From Candidatus Latescibacterota bacterium (lineage in GTDB: Bacteria; Latescibacterota; UBA2968; UBA8231): 64,000 nt of DNA. The position numbers were made by a program, and so were the translations under genes. This document shows positions 57,525 to 64,000 of this stretch, one piece after another (the first letter of the stretch is position 1; the number at the start of each line of letters is the position of its first letter). Under the pieces are notes generated by a model that worked only from the letters and a program-made list of their open reading frames with translations, made no database searches and was not told the DNA's origin. Location: contig OZ253462.1 of NCBI GenBank assembly GCA_965261395.1, positions 832,001 through 896,000 of the forward strand, read 5' to 3'.

Positions 57525-57965
57525 ATGATGAACGTGGTAGACCTCTTACCCATATTGTGTTCAGTCGCTCTGCTGTTGGGGCTGTTGCTCTATCTGGGAT
57601 ATCCCCTCTTAACGAGCGGGCGAGTGGGCGCGGCGAGTAGGCCGACGCGACAACTTTTTGAACGCAAGGAGCAGCTTTTAGGCGAGATCGTCGAGTTGGA
57701 ACTTGACCGCGAGCTCGGCAAAGTGTCCGCAGAGGACTTTCAGCGCCTATTCGCCGAGTTGGAGGCCGAGACGCTGGCGATCATCGGCGAGTTGGATCGG
57801 CTCAACGGCGCGAGTAGCTATCAACTCGAACGACGCCTCGAGGAGGAGGTCGCGGCTCTGCGTCAAAAGACCGCCGTTACCCGTTGTCAAGGCTGCGGGA
57901 CTGTGCGCCGCGAGGGCGATCTGTTCTGCCCTCAATGCGGGGCCTCTTTAGTGGAATCTAGCTGA
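57525..57965 (+). CDS. CcmI-N-like membrane-anchored zinc-ribbon protein
   Basis: N-terminal TM, 'ELELDRELGKVSAEDF', 'CQGCG...FCPQCG'. Confidence 0.7.
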   Translation: MMNVVDLLPILCSVALLLGLLLYLGYPLLTSGRVGAASRPTRQLFERKEQLLGEIVELELDRELGKVSAEDFQRLFAELEAETLAIIGELDRLNGASSYQLERRLEEEVAALRQKTAVTRCQGCGTVRREGDLFCPQCGASLVESS

Positions 57966-57968
57966 GCC

Positions 57969-59042
57969 ATGGTCCTGCGCTTGCTTTGCGCGGCAATCGT
58001 CCTTTGCGCTTCCGATCTGTGGGGCGCGGAGATCAACGGTTATGTACTCAACCCCTTCACCCAAGCGCGAATCCCAAGCATTCCCGTGGCCTTCTACGTC
58101 CGCCAAGACGGAGAGGTCCTCGAGATGCTACGCAAGGAGACCGACGCCGAGGGGCGCTTCTCTTTTGCCGGCCCCTTTCTGCAGAGCGGACTCCACTTCG
58201 GGCTGGCTGCCTTCTACGATGGCATCCCTTACTTCTCTTCGACCCTTGAGGCCGGCGCGCAACAACAGATCATCCTCGAGGTTTACGAAAAAACCGATGA
58301 TCCCGCCGGCATCCGAATCGGTACCCATCATCTCTTTTTTTCTGTACGCGAGGACGCGATTGAGTGTGTCCAGCTCCTGCAAATCCACAACACCCTAGAG
58401 CGCACTTATTCAGGCAGCGGCGACGGGCGTGAGCGTCGAGTGACCGAACTTGCCTTGCCAACGGGCATCTTCAACCTCCAAAGCCACTCGGGTCTGCTCC
58501 ACCAAGCCGGAGAAGGCAGTTTCTTCGACAACCAGCCTCTGCCTCCAGGCCGCTCGCAGCGGAGTTTTTCTTTTAATCTCGACCCACGGAACTTCGCCAA
58601 TCCCTATGTGCATCAGGCGATCTATCCCACCGACCGCTTGGAGGTTTTTCTCGACCCTCCTTCCATTGAGATCAAACCACCCTTTATCGACTTAGGTATT
58701 GTCGAACAGCACGACCGCCAATACCGAAAAGTTGCCATAGAAAACCTACCGCCAAGCCAGCAGGTGGCGATCCCCTTACCCCTCACTCCCTCGCTGCGTT
58801 GGTCGCTCAAGTGGGCCGCGCTGGCGGGCGCATTCCTCGTCGGCGGTGTCGCGCTGGCATTGAGTCGCCAACACTCAAGCTCCAATCACACCCACGCACT
58901 GGAACGGCGACAGCATCTCATTGAGGAACTCGCTCGGATCGACGACGCTTTTGCCGGTCGGCCCGAAGATCCGCATTACATTGACCAGCGGGCGCGTCTA
59001 ATGCGCGAAGCTGTTGCCCTGACTCAAGCACTTGAAGTGTGA
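57969..59042 (+). CDS. Exported Ig-like/carboxypeptidase-regulatory-like protein with C-terminal TM anchor (ccm-associated)
   Basis: Signal peptide, 'TDAEGRFSF', C-terminal TM then 'LIEELARIDD'. Confidence 0.65.
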   Translation: MVLRLLCAAIVLCASDLWGAEINGYVLNPFTQARIPSIPVAFYVRQDGEVLEMLRKETDAEGRFSFAGPFLQSGLHFGLAAFYDGIPYFSSTLEAGAQQQIILEVYEKTDDPAGIRIGTHHLFFSVREDAIECVQLLQIHNTLERTYSGSGDGRERRVTELALPTGIFNLQSHSGLLHQAGEGSFFDNQPLPPGRSQRSFSFNLDPRNFANPYVHQAIYPTDRLEVFLDPPSIEIKPPFIDLGIVEQHDRQYRKVAIENLPPSQQVAIPLPLTPSLRWSLKWAALAGAFLVGGVALALSRQHSSSNHTHALERRQHLIEELARIDDAFAGRPEDPHYIDQRARLMREAVALTQALEV

Positions 59043-59755
59043 TGGATGGAGACGGCGCCATCGTCCTAGCGGGTGCTGCCAAGCGCTTCGGCACCCACAC
59101 AGCCCTGCATCCCACCAATCTGGTCATCCCGCGAGGCCAAGCGGTGCTGCTCGTTGGTGCCAATGGCGCGGGCAAGAGTACTATGCTGCGACTGATGGCC
59201 GGCCTCTGCCGACCTTCGGAGGGGTGCGTGAGGATCAACGGTCGCGATCCCCAACGCATTCCCGAGGCGCGGGCGGAGATCGGCCTCCTTTCGCATCAGA
59301 CCTTGCTCTACGACGAACTGACGGCGAGAGAGAACTTGTGCTTCTTCACCCAGCTCTATGGATTGGACAACCCAGACGAAAGGCTCACTGCGGCCTTAGA
59401 GGCTGTTGGCCTGAACGAGCAGCTCGACCAGCGCGTAGGTTCGTTCTCTCGCGGTATGAAGCAGCGTCTGGCTATTGCCCGTGCTATCCTGCATCGCCCC
59501 TCTATCCTCCTGCTTGACGAGCCATTTACTGGCCTCGATGCCGGTGCCAGCGCTGCATTGCACTGCCTCATGCGCCGCTTTCGGCAAGAGGGGTTCACTT
59601 GCGTCTTGGTAACTCATCGCCTCGATGAAGCCGATGGTTTAGTGGATCGCTTGCTGGTGATCGAACGCGGGCAATGGCGGTTGGACCAAGCCTTGACGGA
59701 TAATTCGGATCAACTGCGCAGGCTCTGCGCGCCCTATCTCGACGCCGAACCATGA
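59039..59755 (+). CDS. ccmA: Heme ABC exporter ATPase CcmA
   Basis: 'GANGAGKST', 'FSRGMKQRL', 'LLLDEPFTGLD'; operon context. Confidence 0.9.
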   Translation: MMDGDGAIVLAGAAKRFGTHTALHPTNLVIPRGQAVLLVGANGAGKSTMLRLMAGLCRPSEGCVRINGRDPQRIPEARAEIGLLSHQTLLYDELTARENLCFFTQLYGLDNPDERLTAALEAVGLNEQLDQRVGSFSRGMKQRLAIARAILHRPSILLLDEPFTGLDAGASAALHCLMRRFRQEGFTCVLVTHRLDEADGLVDRLLVIERGQWRLDQALTDNSDQLRRLCAPYLDAEP

Positions 59756-60429
59756 GCTTTTTAGGACGGGCGCTGGCAATACTGCGCAAAGACCTGAAGG
59801 CCGAGTGGCGTACTAAGGCGCGTCTCAGCCCGATGGTCTTCTTTATACTGTTGATGTTGTTGGTCTTCAACTTTTCCTTCGATTTAGGCGGGGCCGCTCT
59901 GCGCGAGATTGGGCCTGGTACACTCTGGTCGTCCTATGTCTTGGCCAGCCTGCTGAGTCTGGGCCGCTCGTTTGCTGACGAACGCGAAAACGACGCGCTC
60001 GACGCGTTGCTGTTAGCACCGGGGGACCGCGGTTCCATATATCTAGGTAAAATGCTGGGCAATTTTGTTTTTCTCCTAGCGGTCGAACTGCTAAGTTTGC
60101 CCTTTTTCGCCCTCTTCTTTAATCTGTCCCTGGGCTTCTTCTTGCTCCCCCTGTTGGCAGTCTTCGTCCTAGGATCGGCTTGTATGGCATCGGTGGGCAC
60201 GCTCTTTGCAGCACTATCTAACAACATGCGGTTGCGCGAGCTACTGCTGCCTCTTTTGCTCTTGCCCATGATCTTGCCGGCGTTGATTTCCTGCGTGGAG
60301 GCGACGGGGCTAGTGCTGGCCAATGACTGTTGCGAAAAGCTCTTCCCGCACCTGCAGATGTTGGGGGTGTACGCGGTAGTTTTCACGGTGCTCTCGCTAA
60401 TGCTCTTTGAATACGCAATCGAGGAATGA
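59752..60429 (+). CDS. ccmB: Heme exporter permease CcmB
   Basis: 'KDLKAEWR', 'RSFADERENDALDALLLAP', 'RELLLPLLLLP'. Confidence 0.9.
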   Translation: MSFLGRALAILRKDLKAEWRTKARLSPMVFFILLMLLVFNFSFDLGGAALREIGPGTLWSSYVLASLLSLGRSFADERENDALDALLLAPGDRGSIYLGKMLGNFVFLLAVELLSLPFFALFFNLSLGFFLLPLLAVFVLGSACMASVGTLFAALSNNMRLRELLLPLLLLPMILPALISCVEATGLVLANDCCEKLFPHLQMLGVYAVVFTVLSLMLFEYAIEE

Positions 60430-61097
60430 TGCGTTCGGTCCCTTTCTCCTGTTTGGTTTTCGTGGTCATGCTCGTCGCCTTGGGCGCGATTTTTCTGTGG
60501 GTACCCACAGAAAAAGAAATGGGAATCGTCCAGCGAATCTTCTATTTTCACGTGCCGGCGGCGATTTCTTCGTTTTTGGCCTTCTTTCTGGTGTTCGTCG
60601 GCAGTGTACAGTACCTGCGCACCCGCGAGGACAAATGGGATCGCCTAGCGCTATGCTCCGCCGAATTGGGCGTGATCTTTGCGTTGATCGTGCTGATCAC
60701 TGGGCCTTTATGGGCCAAACCCATCTGGGGAGTTTACTGGCGCTGGGAGCCGCGCCTGACCTCAATGCTGATTACTTTCACCATCTACGTGGCTTACCTA
60801 ATGGTGCGGGGATACGGGGCTCACTCTACCTCAGTACAGCGCATCAGTGCTGTACTGGGCATTCTCGCCTTCGCCAACGTTCCCTTGGTATATTATGCCG
60901 TCGATCTGTGGGCCGCCGACCAACAGCTACACCCGCCGCGCAACGTAGAACTCGAGCCGACGATGCAATACACCAAGTGGATCTGCTACGCAGCTTTCTT
61001 CCTGCTGCTCTTTCGCCTCCTAGCGCAACGCATGGAACTAGCCCGCATCGAAAAAGCCGTGGCACTCCTGCGGCAAAAACTAATTGACGAAACGTAA
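60426..61097 (+). CDS. ccmC: Heme exporter CcmC
   Basis: 'QRIFYFHVP', 'TGPLWAKPIWGVYWRWEPRLTS', 'LHP'. Confidence 0.92.
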   Translation: MMRSVPFSCLVFVVMLVALGAIFLWVPTEKEMGIVQRIFYFHVPAAISSFLAFFLVFVGSVQYLRTREDKWDRLALCSAELGVIFALIVLITGPLWAKPIWGVYWRWEPRLTSMLITFTIYVAYLMVRGYGAHSTSVQRISAVLGILAFANVPLVYYAVDLWAADQQLHPPRNVELEPTMQYTKWICYAAFFLLLFRLLAQRMELARIEKAVALLRQKLIDET

Positions 61098-61103
61098 GAG
61101 ACT

Positions 61104-61283
61104 ATGGACAATCTCCACTACTTATTTGCAGCCTTCGCGGCCGTGTGGATCGTGCTTTTTGCCTATTTGGCGCACCTAAGCCGACGAACAGGGGAACTGG
61201 GCCGCCAACTCGCAGAACTTGAGCTGATGCTGAAGAACAGAAAGGGCAATTTGCCAAATGGCGAAGAGGCACGAGTTAGTTGA
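61104..61283 (+). CDS. ccmD: Heme exporter protein CcmD (not in the ORF track)
   Basis: MDNLHYLFAAFAAVWIVLFAYLAHLSRRTGELGRQL..., 59 aa, directly after ccmC. Confidence 0.85.
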   Translation: MDNLHYLFAAFAAVWIVLFAYLAHLSRRTGELGRQLAELELMLKNRKGNLPNGEEARVS

Positions 61284-61309
61284 CACTTGCTTTGAGGTCG
61301 TATTATATT
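61280..61309 (+). promoter_or_regulatory. Putative sigma70 promoter for the DUF151 genes
   Basis: TTGACA followed 17-18 nt later by TTATATT. Confidence 0.5.
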
Positions 61310-61354
61310 TCACAAGTCAATTGGCAATCGCCTATTAAACCGCAGTGTACCGCT

Positions 61355-61969
61355 ATGGTTCTGATGGAAGTCAAGGGGGTCTTAAGCAGCAAATCTCAAT
61401 CTTTATACCCTGAAGTAGTGCTCAAAGAAGTCGAAGGCAATTATTATCTGCACATTGTCATCGGCCGCTTCGAGGCGGCAGCCATTTCTATGGCCCACGG
61501 CAAGCGGCAACCTGCGCGACCCATCAGTTATGACCTAGCTCACCAGATTCTCGCCGACGTAGACGCCCGGGTAGTTCGGGTCGAAATCACGGACTTTAAC
61601 TTGCGCGAAAGAACGTACTACGCCGAGATTCACCTCGTCGACGACGAGGGCAAAACTCATACGCTCGACGCACGTCCCAGCGATGCAATTGCTCTAGCCT
61701 TGCGCTTTCGTGCGCCGATCTACGCCGCCGTCGAGATTCTCAAAGAAGTGGGCTGCGTTCGCTCTGACGACGATGAATGGGTTAAGGCTGACGTTGAAAC
61801 CATCACCAAACCCGTGGCCGCACCGCAGGAAGAGCATCCTACCATCGCCGCACCAGCCGTTAATCAGCTAGAACAACTCAAAAGACGCATGCGCCAAGCC
61901 GTTGCCGAAGAAGTTTATGAGGAAGCGGCGCGGCTTCGCGACGAGATTAGTCGTCTCCAACAGGGATGA
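61355..61969 (+). CDS. Bifunctional nuclease (DUF151) with C-terminal UVR coiled-coil
   Basis: 'IVIGRFEAAAI', 'RPISYDL', 'DARPSDAIALALR', 'AVAEEVYEEAARLRDEI'. Confidence 0.9.
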   Translation: MVLMEVKGVLSSKSQSLYPEVVLKEVEGNYYLHIVIGRFEAAAISMAHGKRQPARPISYDLAHQILADVDARVVRVEITDFNLRERTYYAEIHLVDDEGKTHTLDARPSDAIALALRFRAPIYAAVEILKEVGCVRSDDDEWVKADVETITKPVAAPQEEHPTIAAPAVNQLEQLKRRMRQAVAEEVYEEAARLRDEISRLQQG

Positions 61970-61972
61970 TCA

Positions 61973-62668
61973 ATGGGAACTTCCTCTTTAGTCGAGATGA
62001 CCGTAGTCAAGGTTAGTCCCTATTTGCGCGAGGACAGGCCCTTGGTATGGTTGAGCGAGAAGAACGGTAAATTCCCACGGCTTTTGCCCATTCCCATTGG
62101 CGAATTTGAAGCGGCCGCCATTCGGATGCGGCTCGAAAACGATGGGCCTATACGCCCGATTTCCTACGACTTGCTCTCTTCTATGGTCAACAACCTTGCG
62201 ATACGTGTGCGCCAAGTTGTCATTCACAACGTGCGCGGCTCAATATACTACGCGTGGGTCGTCATTGAGAAGAATCACACAATAAAAGACATCGACGCAC
62301 GTCCTAGCGACGCAATCGCTTTGGCCTTACGCACTGATTCGCCTATTTACGTTTCTCATACGTTGCTTGACGAGGTGGGCTTGGAGTCTTTGGAGACCGA
62401 CTTGGACGTTGAACACACACTGAACCGCTTCTACGAGTTTGAAGCGCAGATTTCTGAATCACTCGATACAAAAGCTGAGACGGCCAACATCCGTCCACCG
62501 AAGGGGAACGCCGAAGAGGCCGAAGCTCAACTGCCCAAAGAAAAAGAGAAAGACGAACTCAGCCTGCTTCAGCACCGGCTACAGCAGGCCGTTATCTGCG
62601 AAGAATACGAAGAAGCGGCCCGGCTACGCGACGCCATCGAGTCGCTCGTTAATAAAGCCAAGCGCTGA
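61973..62668 (+). CDS. Bifunctional nuclease (DUF151) with UVR domain, paralog 2
   Basis: 'LPIPIGEFEAAAI', 'RPISYDL', 'DARPSDAIALALR', 'EEYEEAARLRDAI'. Confidence 0.9.
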   Translation: MGTSSLVEMTVVKVSPYLREDRPLVWLSEKNGKFPRLLPIPIGEFEAAAIRMRLENDGPIRPISYDLLSSMVNNLAIRVRQVVIHNVRGSIYYAWVVIEKNHTIKDIDARPSDAIALALRTDSPIYVSHTLLDEVGLESLETDLDVEHTLNRFYEFEAQISESLDTKAETANIRPPKGNAEEAEAQLPKEKEKDELSLLQHRLQQAVICEEYEEAARLRDAIESLVNKAKR

Positions 62669-62746
62669 AGCCCTATCTGGGTGGACGCACACGTACCTAC
62701 CAAGTAGTTGAAGTTGCTCAAGATACTGATCCGTGCGCTGCACACT

Positions 62747-63202
62747 ATGGCCCTACAATCCTTCCTTTACCTCGCCTTTTTCATCCTTCACGGCTGCCAT
62801 AGCGAAGACGTAGACCAACGCTTCTCCCATCCGGCCCAGACCTTCCAAACCTATAAGTATGCGCTAGAAAACAGCGACTTTGACCTGCTTTGGGAATGTT
62901 TCGATTCTTCACAAATGGAGGGAGAAGATCGTCAGGGCTTTGTCGAACGATGGCGGCAAAAGACGCCATCCGAGATAAAGGCTCAACTGCGGCGAGAAAT
63001 CGCCGAAGAGCGCATCATCAACGATCGCATAGGTTACTTACTCTTCGATTCCTCTACTCTAGGCGATGAGCGCGCATCGCCATTTTTTTATTTTCTTCAC
63101 GATTCCAGTGGTTGGAAAATTACCTCCCACCTAGACAGCACCTTCCACCAAGAGTTAGAGCAAGCCATTGAGCGCGGCGAGTACAAACTACCCGATTTCT
63201 AA
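62747..63202 (+). CDS. Hypothetical lipoprotein
   Basis: Hydrophobic N-terminus ending 'LHGC'; start uncertain (62708 or 62747). Confidence 0.65.
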   Translation: MALQSFLYLAFFILHGCHSEDVDQRFSHPAQTFQTYKYALENSDFDLLWECFDSSQMEGEDRQGFVERWRQKTPSEIKAQLRREIAEERIINDRIGYLLFDSSTLGDERASPFFYFLHDSSGWKITSHLDSTFHQELEQAIERGEYKLPDF

Positions 63203-63273
63203 TTCCTTCCCTTCCCCCATCAGGCATTAACTTTTTTCGTCGATGGCTCCCCTTAATCAGCAAGTCTGCCTCC

Positions 63274-63807
63274 TCAGCTAGGCGGCTTTAAATCCCAAGT
63301 CGCTATAATGCCCATTATCGTATTCCACTGTGTGTCGTTCATCGCCTCTACTAGAGAGAATAGGCCCAACACATCGCGTTCCTTCTGTTTCTTGCGCGCC
63401 CGGACAATTCCCTCTAACCAAGGTTGATCCCCGAGCAGAGCCAAGATTTCTGGATCAGAGAGCACCCCCAAGAGGGCTGGATCCAAAGGCTCTTTGCTAG
63501 ACAGGAGCTTATTGACCACTGGGTCTGACAACGAGCGTATCATCTTGCCATAAAGCGCACGTCCTTCCTCCGAGCTCGCCTTGGCCTCATACGCAGCAAG
63601 CAATACCCTGTTAGAGTCGAGTTCCAATACCTCGGCCAACTTGATACATACTTCGTCGGAAGGAACCTTCTCCCCCTTCTCAATTTGTCCTATATAGGTT
63701 GCCCATACGCCCTTGGGCCTTCGCGCCGTCACGAGTTGCGCGGCCAAGCCCTGCTGGCTCAGGTGAGCTTGTAGTCGGGCCCCTTTGATCATTTCTGCAA
63801 ACTGCAT
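63274..63807 (-). CDS. XRE-family helix-turn-helix regulator
   Basis: 'IKGARLQAHLSQQGLA', 'TYIGQIEKGEKVPS...KLAEVLEL'. Confidence 0.85.
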   Translation of the reverse strand: MQFAEMIKGARLQAHLSQQGLAAQLVTARRPKGVWATYIGQIEKGEKVPSDEVCIKLAEVLELDSNRVLLAAYEAKASSEEGRALYGKMIRSLSDPVVNKLLSSKEPLDPALLGVLSDPEILALLGDQPWLEGIVRARKKQKERDVLGLFSLVEAMNDTQWNTIMGIIATWDLKPPS

Positions 63808-63857
63808 TCGCGGTCCCTCTGAAATATTTTCATCCACCTTCTTTATTGAATATACAC

Positions 63858-63943
63858 ACACACCAGTAAGTGTGCAAGTTTGTATTGTCATTTTCTAAAC
63901 GCACGTTTTTCTGCTTGACAACACAATCTAGCGTGTGTATTTT
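63858..63943 (+). promoter_or_regulatory. Sigma70 promoter (TTGACA-N17-TATTTT, 63915-63943) with two ACACA-N8-TGTGY candidate operators
   Basis: ACACA-ccagtaag-TGTGC at 63858-63875 and ACACA-atctagcg-TGTGT at 63921-63938, the latter filling the -35/-10 spacer. Confidence 0.65.
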
Positions 63944-64000
63944 TGTTTCTAAATAGAGTGTGGTGGCCCACTGGCATGGCCAATGTCCTGATCCGCGAAG

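Noticed and set aside
63950-64000. Start of a known ncRNA or riboswitch
   Set aside because: Truncated by the window edge and not matching any 5' end I recognise

Overview
GC-rich bacterial chromosome segment. It has many PhyH-family dioxygenases, sulfatases and Gfo/Idh/MocA oxidoreductases, plus a 'NYPNPFNP' FlgD/T9SS-like tail and a 'VExxSWGKIK' tail; this resembles Latescibacterota/Poribacteria-type genomes (inference only). About 1-39 kb is an accessory catabolic patchwork: seven PhyH-like genes, two sulfatases, a PQQ dehydrogenase, transporters, several pseudogene stubs and deletion scars, and an AT-rich DarTG island. The darT toxin is frameshifted by an exact 17-bp tandem duplication that could revert. 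About 39-64 kb is mostly core: tRNA-Sec, a remodelled ispE-tRNA-Gln-rplY-pth-hppA-rpsF-DUF2232-rplI string lacking prs and rpsR, and TPR protein/sigma54 activator/HtrA/M24 genes. It also holds a cytochrome c maturation operon with a CxxxY CcmE and a CcmF-CcmH fusion, two tandem DUF151-UVR genes and an XRE regulator with two candidate operators. A dispersed intergenic repeat with a 10-bp period (ATCTGCGnnn) and an apparent CCWGG depletion were also seen. No CRISPR array, integrase or transposase was found. All product calls come from motif recognition by eye, not from database searches.
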